NCBI RefSeq assembly: GCF_036588685.1
Contig: NC_086380.1
Location: 15,686,001 to 15,750,000 of the forward strand
DNA: 64,000 nt
Direction: 5' to 3'
Source: Mytilus trossulus
Taxonomy: Eukaryota
The notes under the pieces are model-generated. The model worked only from the letters and a program-made list of their open reading frames with translations. It was not told the DNA's origin and did no database searches. The position numbers were made by a program, and so were the translations under genes. Shown in pieces: positions 14,521 to 28,241 of this stretch; position 1 is the first letter of the stretch; every line of letters starts with the position of its first letter.

Positions 14521-15739
14521 GCACTAAGTCTTACAATAGGCAGAGATTATGAATAACTATTGAAAAATACTTCTTTCTCAATTGATCAATGCATATTTTA
14601 GTTTTGCAACTAAAAGTACGAAAATGTGTCAAATCTAATATTTTCCACATGAACTTGAACGTGAGATATAACCACCTTTCAAATGTCCTACAGTTTTAAC
14701 CACCACATACGGTAGACTTATTGATGATGAACATTATGTGTGGTGATGAATATAGCGACTGTAGCAATGGAGGAATATATGAACCACCACACTATATATA
14801 TCTTTTTTCAAGTTATTATTTTTTAAGTATCATTTTCTAAAAATACTTTACCATCACTATAACTGAGTGCTGCTTGGTTGTAAATCATTTAACTATTCTT
14901 GTTATTTCATTTAAAATTAGATGTATCCATGTTCTTTCTTCCATTTTCAGCAATGACCTCTAAATCCCTGCAAAATGTCGTTTGGTATTTCTGTAAGAAG
15001 AACAAAAATATAAATAATGAATTTGAGAATTGCTACATGATAAGTATACAAGCTAGTACAAACATATCTCAGTGGACATTGCATATCTGCATATCTCCTT
15101 TCACAGTAAATTATACATTGACCAGTATATTTCTCTCACTTATAGAATATACAAGTTATAGTATACAGTCTGGTGAAAAATAGATACAGAATGATGATAG
15201 ATATAATCATTGTGTTACTATAAATATGATAAGATGGTGATAAATAGATATAGATAGGTGATAAGTGTGAACTTAGTTATAGTGGGGTTATGTGTATATA
15301 CAGTGAGGTAAAGAATACACAGAATAGTATTAAGATATATACAGTGTGATGATATATAAACAAAAGGATGATATATATATATATTTCTCTAACTCTATGG
15401 AAATTTATCCCTTTCCGAACCCATTGTATAAAAAAATTTAATCAACGTGTGGTTGCTGGTGATCTCAAAAGATCATTGGATGATTTTGAGGGTCATGACC
15501 TTTTTAGCTACATGTAACTGAATGAATCAAAATACGATAACAGGTGTTAATGAAATTGACAACTTCGTGCAATGTGAAAGGCACTCGAAGGGGATTTTCG
15601 GTTAACAAAAAAAGAAAATGTCTTTTTTATCATTAGAGAAACAGATTCTTACATAGTTACTCGTGGATTATCGGATTTATCCAATCTCGATAGTTAAATT
15701 ATAAATTTTAAAGTCCTCGCCGAGGCGGCTCGGACTTAA

Positions 15740-18700
15740 ACAGATACACAGTGTGGTGATATATGTATAAAGTGAGGTGATAGAGATATAAAATGTAGTG
15801 AAAGATGTACATTGTATTGATAGATATATTGAATAAGGTGATAGATATATAAACAGAGGTGGTATATTAATAAAATGAGGTCTTACTTATATAGAATGAA
15901 GTGATAGATATACAAAGTGTGGTGACATATATACAGCGTGTTGATAGATATATGAAGTGTTGTGACATATGATCAGTTAGGTGATAGATGTATAAAGTGT
16001 GATGATAGATATATAAAGTGTGATGATAGATTTATAAAGTGTGGTGATAGATACATAATGTGTTGTGGCATATGATGTGTTAGATGATAGATGTATATAG
16101 TGTGGTGATAGATATATACAGTGTGATGATAGATATATAAAGTAAGGTGATTAATGATAGAGTGATAATATACACAGTGTGGTGATTAATGATAGAGTGG
16201 TAATAAATATATACAGTGTGGTGAAAGATGATACACAGTGGTGATACATATAAAGAGTAGGGTGATTGATGATACAGAGTGGTGAAAGATATATACACTA
16301 TGAGGATTGATGAAACAGAGTAGTGATAGCTATATACAGTGTGGTAATTGGTGATACAGAGTGGGGATAGATATCTAGTGTGGTGATAGATATATACATG
16401 TAGGTGATTGATGATACAGAGTGCTGATAGATATTTACAATAGGGTGACTGATGATACAGAGTGGTGATAAATATATAGTTTGGTGATTGATGATACAGA
16501 GTGGTGATAGATATTAACAGCAAGGTGATTAATGATACAGAGTGGTGATAGATATGTAGAGTGTGGTCATAAATATATATTCCGCAAGTTGGTGTCCTAC
16601 AGATACAGTCCTACATATATCCCTAGGCTGTATTTATATTCTATACAGATATCAGTCATGTGGTATGCTTTTATATGTTCTGTTTGTTTTTCAAATATCT
16701 CTTTATAGCAATAAAAATCCCACCAATTTTCTGAAAAGATACACACATAAACTATAGTCTTTTCTACCATGGCAATAATAGTTTTCAAAATTAAAATGTG
16801 TATGATTGTGCAAAAGTAAGATTATAGATATGTAAAGTGTAGAAACAGATGTATAAAGTGAGGTGATTGATATATTAGGTGTGGTGATAGTCATAGAAAG
16901 TGTGGTGATAGATACATACAGTGAGGTGATAAGATATATAAAGTGTACTTACAAATGTCTAAAGTGTGGTGACAGATATATATGTAAAGTTAGGTGATTG
17001 ATATATGAAGGGTGGTGATAGATATATATAAAAAGTGTGGGGACAGATTTATAAAATGTGGTGGCAGATATATAGAGTGAGGTGATAGATATATTTAGTT
17101 TGGTGATAAATATATAAAGTGTAGTTACTGTGATAAATATATAAAGTGAGGTGATAGATATATGTAGTGAGTGATGGATATATAAAGTGTGATCATGGAT
17201 ATGTTAAGTGTAGTGATAGATATATAAAGTATGGTGACAGATATATAAGGTGTGGTGATAGATATATAAAGTCTGGTGACAGATATATAATGTGTAGTGA
17301 CAGATGAACAGTGTAGTGATAAATGAACAGTGTGGTGATAGATGTATAAAGTTTAGTGATAGATAAATATAAAGTGAGGTGATGGGTTTATGAAGTATGG
17401 TGATAGATATATAAAGTGAGGTGATAGATATATATATAAGATGTGGTGATGTGTATAAGGTGTGGTGATGTGTATAAGGTGTGGTGATGTGTATAAGGTG
17501 TAGTGATGTATATATAATGTGTGGTGACAGATATTAAAAGTGTGGTGAAAGATTTATGAAGTATGGTGACAGATATATATGGTGTGGTGACAAATATATA
17601 CAGTATGGTGACACATTTATAAAGTGTGGTGATAGATATGTAAAGTGTGGTAACAGATAAATAAAGTGTAGTGACAGATACATAAATTGTGGTAAAAGAT
17701 ATATAAAAAGTGGTGACAGATATGTAAAGTGTGGGGATAGATATATAAAGTCTGGTGACATATATATAGAGTGTAGTTAGAGATATATAAAGTGAGGTGA
17801 TAGATATATATAGTGGGGTGATTGATATATATAGTGTGGTGCTGGATATGTTAAGTGTGGTGATAGATATATAAAGTGTGGTGATAGATATATAAAGTCT
17901 AGAGATAGATATATAGTGTTGTGACAGATATATAAAGTGTGGTGACAGATATATAAAGTGTGGCGATCGATATATAAAGTGTGTTGATTGATATATAAAG
18001 TGTAATTATAGATACATAAAGAGAGGTGATAGATATATTTAGTGAGGTGATTGATATATAAAGTGTGGTGATGGATATGTTAAGTGTGGTGACAGATATA
18101 TAAGGTGTGGTGACAGATATATAAAGTGTGGTGATAGATATATAGTGACATGATGGATATATAAAGTGTGGAGATGGATAATTTAAGTATAATGACAGAT
18201 ATATAAAGTGTGGTGAAAGTTATATAAAGTATGGTGATAGATATATAAAGTGTGGTGACAGATATATAAAGTGTGCTGATTGATATAAAAAGTGTGGAGA
18301 CAGATATATAAAGTGTGCTGATTGATAAATAAAGTGTGGTGACAGATATATAAAGTGTGGTGATAGATATATAAAGTGTGTTGATTGATATATAAAGTGT
18401 AATCATAGATATATAAAGAGAGGTGATAGATATATTTAGTGAGGTGATTGATATATAAAGTGTGGTGATGGATATGTTAAGTGTGGTGACAGATATATAA
18501 GGTGTGGTGACAGATATATAAAGTGGGGGATAGATATATAGTGACATGATGGATATATAAAGTGTGGTTATTGATAGGTTAAGTATAATGACAGATATAT
18601 AAAGTGTGGTGAAAGTTATATAAAGTATGGTGATAGATATATCAAGTGTGGTGACAGATATATAAAGTGTGCTGATTGATATAAAAAGTGTGGTGACAGA

Positions 18701-19930
18701 TATATAAAGTGTGCTGATTGATAAATAAAGTGTGGTGACAGATATATAAAGTGTGGTGATAGATATATAAAGTGTGTTGATTGATATATAAAGTGTAATT
18801 ATAGATATATAAAGAGAGATGATAGATATATTTAGTGAGGTGATTGATATATAAAGTGTGGTGATGGATATGTTAAGTGTGGTGACAGATATATAAGGTG
18901 TGGTGACAGATATATAAAATGGGGGGATAGATATATAGTGACATGATGGATATATAAAGTGTGGTGATTGATAGGTTAAGTATAATGACAGATATATAAA
19001 ATGTGGTGATGGATATGTTAAGTGTGGTGTAAGTTATATAAAGTATGGTGATAGATATATAAAGTGTGGTGACAGATATATAAAGTGTGCTGATTGATAT
19101 AAAAAGTGTGGTGACAGATATTTAAAGTGTGCTGATTGATAAATAAAGTGTGGTGACAGATATATAAAGTATGGTGATAGATATATAAAGTGTGGTGATA
19201 TAGATATATAAAGTCTTGTGACAGATATATACAGTGGTGATAGATATATAAATTGTGGTGATGGATATGTCAAGTGTAATGACAGATATATAAAGTGTGG
19301 TGATAGATATACAAAGAGTGGTGACAGATATATAAAATGTGGTGACAGATATATAAAGTATGGTGACAGATATATAAAGTGTGGTGACTGATATATAAAG
19401 TTTGGTGACAGATATATGAAGTGTGGTGACAGATATAGAAAGTTCAGTGACAGATATATAAAGTGTGGTGGCAGAATATAAAGTGTGGTGACAGATATAT
19501 AAAGTAGTGATAGATATATAAAGTGTGGTTATGGATATGTCAAGTTTAATGACAGATATACAAAGTGTGGTGACAGATATATAAAGTGTGGTGACAGATA
19601 TATAATGTCTGGTGATAGATACATGTATATAAAGTGTGGTGACAGAACATAAAGTGTGGTGACAGAACATAAAGTGTGGTGACATTTATATATAAAATGT
19701 GGTGACAGATATATAAAGTGTGGTGACAGATATTATGGTGACAAATATATAAAGTCTGGAGACAGATATATAAAGTGTGGTGACGGATATATAAAATGTG
19801 GTGACAGATATAAAAAGTGTGGTGACAGATATATCAATTGTGGTGACAGATATATAAAGTCTGGTGACATATATATATAAAGTGTGGTGACAGATATATA
19901 AAGTATGGTGACATATATATAAAGTCTGGT
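15740..19930. repeat. ~21-bp minisatellite (AAAGTGTGGTGACAGATATAT) array with internal block duplications
   Basis: Direct periodicity giving the 7-aa ISVTTLY pseudo-ORFs. ~400-bp blocks are repeated around 18060-19000. A unique island lies at ~16570-16810. Confidence 0.9.
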
Positions 19931-20236
19931 GAAATATATGATAAAGCGTTTATAACATGGCAAAATCTGTATCACATATCGCATCACCCTCGACCAATAT
20001 CATAAAGTGACAGAAGAGATAAATCAACTGAGGTCCTAGATATATAGCAATTATCTATCATATTGAATACACCTTAATTATTGGTAATCCTGGCTGATCC
20101 GACTGCATAGAACTTATGACAAATACAACAATCATGAAAATCATTTTTCCTTTGTGGATCCATTTTTTTTTTTAATTCAAAATTTTACTACAACCTGTGT
20201 GATATCCAGTAATGGCGGACAAATAGTGATAAGGTG

Positions 20237-20361
20237 CAGTGGCGGATCTAGGGGAGGGTTCAGGGGGGTTGGAACCCCCCTTTTTTTAACGATCAATGCA
20301 TTGGAATGGTGACTTATAGTTGGACCCCCCCCTCTTTTTTAAATGGCTGGATTCGCCCCTG
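20237..20361. mobile_element. Short MITE, hAT-like
   Basis: Termini CAGTGGCGGATC / GATTCGCCCCTG; 8-bp TSD ATAAGGTG (20229-36, 20362-69). Partial copy at ~33896-33984. Confidence 0.8.
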
Positions 20362-20524
20362 ATAAGGTGTATGAAAAATTACCATCAACATCAAACCACT
20401 CTCGTTTTACAAGATTTGTTACATTTTTCACCACCTCTATAATACTCAGTCTATAGTTTCAAGTTTCAAGTCCTAACACAAATCTATCTCCACATAGAAG
20501 ATTTTTTTTCAAAAAGTGAAAGTA

Positions 20525-20590
20525 GAAACTACCGGATCCGCCCAGTTCCGGTTGCGCATGCGCACAAATACGAGGTTACAGTCCGGGTTA
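20525..20590. promoter_or_regulatory. Candidate promoter: NRF1 palindrome plus ETS and GC-box-like motifs
   Basis: TGCGCATGCGCA at 20553-20564, with TTCCGG and CCGCCC immediately upstream, in a local CpG-rich patch within AT-rich DNA. Confidence 0.4.
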
Positions 20591-22020
20591 CAATATCTAT
20601 AACCTTGTGGGTGCTATAAACAGTTTCGTATAAAAAACTAGGGGTTATTCCCTGACTAAAAATAACCATGGAGGGAAACCCCTGTTTATTAACTCAATTG
20701 GTGCAAAAGTATCATGTTTTTTGTGTTTGATTGTAAAATATAGTTAATTAGCTTTCAATTAAAACAGGTTGAATGATTGAAATATTTTAAAAAATTAAAT
20801 TAACTTTACATGTTTTGAGGGGAGACAATTTTGTAAACATCCTGTTTTTTTGGCAGTGAAAATTGAAAACTTATTTGCAGCCACTGTAGCTCTTTTCGGA
20901 GCAGGAAACCGTACCCTGAAACAAGATTTTTTTGAAAGGCCAGGTAAAAACCTACAAATTTCATACAGTTTTGATTATGAAAAATGTGCATGGATCATGT
21001 CTTCATGTCTGTGCACATGACCTGGTTTCAAGTTTTTTCTGTCAAAATTAGAGCTTTTTTCCCCCATGTTCATTGGATGGAATGTTTTTAATATATTAAA
21101 AGTACACATTATTTTTATTTCATTATAAACTAGAGAACATTCTGATTCTAGTGATATCAAGTTTTATACAAGTATCTTTATTAATCAGTCCACCACTAAG
21201 GGTCACTTATGCATGGTCCCTAAAAATGTGACGTCATAGAAAAAAACTGTTGATTGCACCCTGTATATTATATACCTCAACAAGCAGGAAGTAAAGTGAT
21301 GATTCAAAAATTAGAGTCAAAAATGGTAACCACAATTCCGGATTTGGATCCAGAACATAAGCAATTATAAAAAAAGAAGATGTAGTATGATTGCCAATGA
21401 GACAACTATCCACAAAAGACCAAAATGACACAGACATTAACAACTAAAGGTCACCGTACGGCCTTTTAACAATGAGCAAAGCCCATACCGTATAGGTCCC
21501 TATAAGATAATGTAAAACAATTCAAACGAGAAAACACTGCGTTTTAAGGCGATACCAAAGAGAATTCTTATGTCATCTGATTTTCAATTATTGTTGATGA
21601 CCCATGAAATAAATCGATGACTTAATTATTTACTACAGTAATAGATTGAATTTGAATTCCCAGCGACGAAACGTTGGTATATTTATTTAACATTGTGGGT
21701 CCGTCCGTCCATCCATCCGTCACTATCTTTGTATACCTATAATCATGTTGGACATATTTTTGTTGTTGTTGAATTTCACATAATTCGGTATCAGTTTTTG
21801 AACTTTTGTAATTTGGAGTATTTTTTACTATAAATGGATTACATGCAGGTTGGTATCTGTAACTTTTATTACAGTTCATTAGACATGACCTTTTTGACTA
21901 ATTTCTGTATCAATGTTATGTAGGGGTAGATTTTACCTTCAGTCTAAATAACTTACATAATCGCCAAAAGCGACTGTGTAATAACCAATACCGTAAATTA
22001 ATAATAGTCATTTTTTGCAG

Positions 22021-22686
22021 GTTTTACGGAGAATCGACAAATCAATGCATTTTGAAGATGCCCATTTAGAATTGTCCTCAGATGAACTCACAAACAGTCT
22101 TATCTTGTTTTTGAAAGAAAATTTTTGGCCAGATGAACCTTTATGGAAATCTTTAGGACTACAAATTGACGATGAAGTGACTAGAAGGTTTGCATCCCGT
22201 TTGAAAGATAACTTGTCAATTTTGTTGGTTTCGAACACCTCGGGAGAAATCATTGGGTGTAGGACAATGTTTCTAGAAACATTAAACGAAGTAGACGACA
22301 TGAGAATACTGCAGATCAAAAATGAAAAATTGAGAAAAGTGCGAACATTTCTTGGTCATAAATGGATTGAAAGGAACGTATTTCAGCATTTTGGTGTGGA
22401 TAAAGCAATGCATTTTCTAGCTTTGGCAACTCATAAAAATCACAGAGGGCGGGGAATAGCTTCGAAATTAATGAAGGCTTCACTTGAATTTTGTACAGAA
22501 CTAGGATTTACTCCAGTTTGTATTGTTGGTGAATGTACTTCCAACATTTCACAAAAAATATTTGAGAAATTTGAGTTTGAAAACTTATACACAGTTAGAT
22601 ATGATGATTATAAAGTGAACGACGAAATTGTTTTCACGGACACAGGCGACAGCAAAACAGCCAAGTTCTATGTAAAACAGTTGTGA
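22021..22686 (+). CDS. Insect-type arylalkylamine N-acetyltransferase-like GNAT, copy 1 (main coding exon)
   Basis: Acceptor ttttttgcag at 22020. FWPDEPL motif, acetyl-CoA motif A HRGRGIA, and CTSNISQKIFEKFEF. First in-exon ATG at 22045; the true start may lie in an upstream exon. Confidence 0.88.
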   Translation, partial: VLRRIDKSMHFEDAHLELSSDELTNSLILFLKENFWPDEPLWKSLGLQIDDEVTRRFASRLKDNLSILLVSNTSGEIIGCRTMFLETLNEVDDMRILQIKNEKLRKVRTFLGHKWIERNVFQHFGVDKAMHFLALATHKNHRGRGIASKLMKASLEFCTELGFTPVCIVGECTSNISQKIFEKFEFENLYTVRYDDYKVNDEIVFTDTGDSKTAKFYVKQL

Positions 22687-23280
22687 AAAATATGTTTTCG
22701 CTTTTAAATTTTATAACCTCATTGTACTTCGTGCATCACATTATTCAGATTGCCTTTTTATCAAAAGTTATATGATCTAACATTCGGTCACAGGGGTTTG
22801 TTACAATTGCCGGGTTTACTATCCATACGAACCCTGTGTATTTTAGGGGTTCGTATGAATAGTGAACCCGGCAATTGTAACATACCCCTGTGATTCGGTC
22901 TTTATCAAGAACAATATGTTGCCGTGGTATAGGTTTTTTCAGTATATGGATAGTAAACTGCACATTGCCAGAAAACAAAGAAATAGTGATGGCAACGTTA
23001 AATACGTTAATATAGTCATGCAAATAGACAGGAGATAACAAAAAATAAATTTAAAACATTAATTTACAAAATTTTAATCCGCTAACCGAGTCCCTGTGGA
23101 TTATCATTGTCTTACCAATAAGTCGACAAATACCACGATGATTTTGTTTGGGTGTCACTAGTCAAGTTGATGGGAACTCGGCTTAACCTACCGGCGATCC
23201 TGACACCATCCACAGTATTTAGTTTACTGCATGTTCACGAATATAGTATACTAACTGCGACGATTAAAGTTGTAAAAACC

Positions 23281-24016
23281 GGTCCTACTAAAATGCGCCC
23301 GGGAGCGCCCGGGTGAAGAAAAAGCGCCCGGGGAAAAGAAAAAGCGCCCGGAGAAGAAAATATAGCGGCCGGGGAACAGAAAAAGCGCCCGGGAGAAGAA
23401 AATAATAATATTTCATAACAATATTTTTTTTCCTTAAAAAATAACTAATCATTGCTTGTTTTGTCCTAAGTAATAGAAATGGGGATATGTACGATGCTAC
23501 ATCTAAAGTGTTGTTGTACTTTTACATTTTACATTTTAAATTGTATATAAGTAAGTAAATAAATATAAATAAGAGTATAAAGAAGAATCATGATTGCCGG
23601 TTATTAAAAATAATCGGTGCTTGAGGTCTATTATTTTCGAAACTGCATGTTGAAACATGGCTTTTGATGTCTTACATGTTATAAATCTGCCGCATAAACT
23701 GTGATCCATTAATATTATTATCAGTCTTTCGAAATAGTATTCATATAATATTGTTAAAATTGAAATATTCATACTTGTTTTTGTGCTTTATTACAAATGT
23801 CTATTATCTGAATTTGCAAATTACTTGTCTAAAATTTAAAAAAAAATCAATGTCCATAACTTAACAAAGTTGTCTCATGCCAATAAAATATCTAAATATT
23901 TTCCCCGGGCGCTTTTTTGTTCCCCGGGCGCTATATTTTCTTCTCCGGGCGCTTTTTATTTTCCCCGGGCGCTTTTTCTTCACCCGGGCGCTCCCGGGCG
24001 CATTTTAGTAGGACCC
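23281..24016. mobile_element. Young MITE with long, internally repetitive TIRs (Mutator- or hAT-like)
   Basis: ~120-bp TIRs GGTCCTACTAAAATGCGCCCGGGAGCGCCCGGG...; direct repeat GTAAAAAC(C) on both sides (23272-80, 24017-25). Confidence 0.9.
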
Positions 24017-24355
24017 GTAAAAACCAAGGAAACTGACAACAATTTACTGCACGAGAACAAGAATTAATTGTCGTGTTTTTTTTGGTTGGATGTTGTTTTC
24101 GAATCTTCTAGCAGTTACTTCGCCGCTAAAAGTTTGTCCCGCCGACAAGAAAAGGGGTGTGGTATTTTGATATATAATTAAGTCTTGGTAAGATTAGGAT
24201 CTGACTACAAATCGCTGTTTTGCTTATATCACGGATATTGGCTAGCCTTATTAATCTTAAGTGACCCAAGTTTCAGCTCCAAACAGACATTCATCCTTTG
24301 AAGAAGGGAAGGTTGTGCTCAAAAGAATTTCGGCTAAAATTGGATAATCTACCCC

Positions 24356-24387
<32 letters not shown>

Positions 24388-24859
24388 ACAACCAAAAAAA
24401 CCCAAAATATAGCGCCTAATTGAAAAAGTGTCCGCTTCCTTTGTTTAGATGATTGCGCGCGGTAAACCAGAAAAAACATTTTTTTTTAGTTTTGAATGAA
24501 AAGCATTACTAGCAGTTCTCAACTGAAAGCTAAAATTAATAATAAGAATTTGAAATGACGAATTTAAATATGTGCACTTAAATTATTTCGATATCAGTAC
24601 ATTAAGTTCATTGAATTTATTCATATGCACAAAGCTGCAGATAAAAAATAACGGAAGCAGATGTAATATATGCATGAAAACATTGTAATTTACTAAACAA
24701 CTTAAATATGACTGAACACAATATACGACCAAGAGATGAATTAGAAAATGTGAGTAAAATCCGAGATAATAGAAATGGGAACACAACATATGAACTTTCA
24801 ATTTTCGCTATTGTGTGCAAATTTGACCAATTTTAAAAGATCTTAGAATAATAATCAGA

Positions 24860-26320
24860 ATGACACCAACGGTCAGTATAACTCTTGACATCGAAAAATT
24901 CTACAGCTAATGAAACAGACGATCATTGTAACCTTTGACATCGACATACACTGCAACCAATTACACCGACAGACATTATAACTTATGACTTCGACGTACT
25001 CTATAATTTATGACACCGACAAATAGTATAACTTATGACATCGACATACACTACAAAATATGACACTGACGGACATAATAACTTATGACATTGACATACA
25101 TTTCAACCAATTATACCGACGGACATTATAACTGATGACATCGACATACCCTACAACCAATGATACTGACGGACATTATAACTTATGACATTGACATTCA
25201 CCACTACCAATGACACCGACAGATATAATAACTTATGACATCGACATACACTACAACCAATGACATCGACGGACATGATAACTTATGACATCGACATACA
25301 CTTCAACCAATTTTACTGACGGACATAATAACTTATGACATTGACATACACTACAACGAATGACACCGACATATATTATAACTTATGACATCGACATACA
25401 CTACAACGAATGACACCGACAGACAGTATAACTTATGACATCGACATACACTACAACGAATGACACCGACAGATATTATAACTTATGACATTGACATACA
25501 CTACAACGAATGACACCGACAGATATTATAACTTATGACATCGACATACACTACAACGAATGACACCGACAGATATTATAACTTATGACATCGACATACA
25601 CTACAACGAATGACACTGACAGACAGTATAACTTATAACATCTACATACACTACAGCCGATTACGCCGACATACAGGATAAATTATGACATTGACAAACA
25701 CAACAACCAATTACACCGACGGACAGTATAACTTATGACATCGATAACACTACAACCAATGACACCGACGGACAGTATAACTTATGACATCGATAACAAT
25801 ACAACCAATGACACCGATGGACAGTATAACTTATGACATCGACAAACACTACAACCAATGACACCGACGGACAGTATAACTTATGACATCGATAACACTA
25901 CAACCAATGACACCGACGGACAGTATAACTTATGACATCGACAAACACTACAACCAATGACACCGACGGACAGTATAACTTATGACATCGACATACACTT
26001 CAACCAATGACACCGACGGACAGTATAACTTATGACATCGACATACACTACAACCAATGACACCGACGGACAGTATAACTTATGACATCGACATACGCTA
26101 CAACCAATGACACCGGCGGATATAATAACTTATGACATAAACATACACTTCAGCCAATGACACCGACGGACAGTATAACTTATGACATTAACATATACTA
26201 CAACCAATGACACCGACGAACAGTATAACTGAAAACATTAACATTCACTACAAACTATGACACCGACGGACATTCTTATTTATGACATAGACATACACTT
26301 CAACCAATATCAATGATACC
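24860..26320. repeat. 49-50-bp tandem repeat (ACTTATGACATCGACATACACTACAACCAATGACACCGACGGACAGTATA)
   Basis: Direct periodicity, about 29 units. Confidence 0.92.
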
Positions 26321-26379
26321 GACGGCGATTACAACTAAAAACACTTACGAAAATTATAACTTAATACACGAATGAGCAT

Positions 26380-27810
26380 TTCAACTAATGACACTCACGG
26401 TCACGACAAAATAACGACACTCAGGACCCTTATAACTTACGGCACTCAAGTCATTATAACTTACGACACTCAATACCATGTTTAAGTAACGGCACTCACG
26501 ACCAAAATAACTAACGATACGCACTCCATTATAACCAACGGCACTCACAGGCATTAAAACTACGGCCAAACGGCCTTCAAACTAACGACACTCACAACAA
26601 ACGGTACACACGGTCATTATAACTAACGACACCCACTGCAATTACACCCAACAGCACTCAAGACCATTTAAAACTAACGGCACTCACGACAAATATAAAT
26701 AACGGTATTCACGCCATTATAACTACTGACACTTAAGGCCATTATAGCTAACAACAATCACGGTCATTAAAATTAACGGCACTCACGGTCATTATAACTA
26801 ACTAATCGGATCTTCCATTTTATAGCACTCACGGGAATTATAATTCATGGTATAACCAGTGACGACATCTACACCCATTATAACGAACGGCACTCGGAAT
26901 CGTTATACCTCACAACACTCACGTCATTATAACTCACGACCCCGCGTGTTTTAACAAACTGCACTTACGTCATTATAATTCCCAGCATTCACGTCATTAT
27001 AACTCACGGCACTCACGTCATTATAACTCACGGCACTCACGTCATTATAACTAACGACTCTCGCGTCATTATAACTAATGACACTCACTTCATTATAACT
27101 CACGGCACTCACGTCACTATAACTAACGGTACTCTCGTCATTATAACTAATGGCACTCATGGACATTATAACTAACGACACTCACGGCCATTATAACTAA
27201 CGGCACTCACGGACATTATATTTAACGACACTCACTGCCTTTAAAACTAATGACAATCACGGTTATTTTAACGAACAGAACTCGCGTCCATGATAACTAG
27301 CGACACTCACATCATTATAACTAAGGACAGTCACGTCATTATAACTAACGGAACTCGGTGCAATTATAATAAACTAAACCTTCGGCAAATATAAAAAACG
27401 ACACTCACGGCCATTAAAACTAACGACACTCATGAACATTATAACTTACGGCACACATGGCCTTATAACAAACGACACTCATGGCCATTACAACTAACGA
27501 CTAAATGGTCCTACAACTAATGACACTCATGGCCATTATAACTGACAGTACCCACGGCCATTATAACTGACAGTACCCACGGCCAGTATAACTAACGACA
27601 CTAACGGCCATTCAAGTAACGGTACTCACTGCTAATTATAGCAACGGCACTCATAGACATTCTTACTAACAAAACTCGCGGCCACTATAACAAACGTCAC
27701 TCACGGACAATATTACTAACGACACTCACTGACATTTCATTTTATATTACTCACGGTCATTATAAATCATGGCACTCACGAGCATAACTACTGACACTCA
27801 CTGACATTAT
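26380..27810. repeat. 24-25-bp tandem repeat (ACTAACGACACTCACGGCCATTATA-like)
   Basis: Direct periodicity, degenerate at the edges. Confidence 0.9.
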
Positions 27811-28241
27811 AAATAATACATACTGTGTAACAAATATAACATCTTTGACATATCAATTTCAGCAAGATAAACATTCTCGATGGAGGGTCCCAATTCTGCA
27901 TTATAATTTTTCCTTCAGTTTTCTACGAATGCTTCATTTACACTGAAGATGTGCACACCACTTTGTTAATACATTTTAAAAAGGGAAAACATAATCTTTC
28001 TCAAGGATTTGTAACTGTACAATCCAGGCTTTCCTTTAAAACATCTATTTGAATGCTAATTTATGTCAATTTAAATAACTGATCTTAAAAGTAGACGATG
28101 GTGTCATTTTACAATATAGTTCTTATATATATATATAACATCATAAACCCCTTAACCACTTTCTGATATATACCTTAGAATAAACTGCAAACATTTCCAA
28201 ATATGAAGCATAGGAATTACTAAATACTTTCTTTTTCATAG

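Larger units (their letters stand above)
10104..14990 (-). ncRNA. Putative spliced non-coding transcript or multi-exon 3' end, copy B (exons 14990-14852, 12485-12436, 10603-?)
   Basis: Acceptors and donors as in copy A, with identical 139-nt and 50-nt exon lengths. Candidate AATAAA on the minus strand at 10104-10109. Confidence 0.45.
10485..15118 (-). repeat. Right arm of the inverted segmental duplication
   Basis: Reverse-complement similarity to 1-2985, interrupted by arm-specific insertions (~10680-10960, 12121-12404, ~14520-14740) and a more expanded minisatellite. Confidence 0.9.

Noticed and set aside
16080-19987. Repetitive ISVTTLY / YLSPHFI ORFs
   Set aside because: 21-bp satellite; no splice or domain support.
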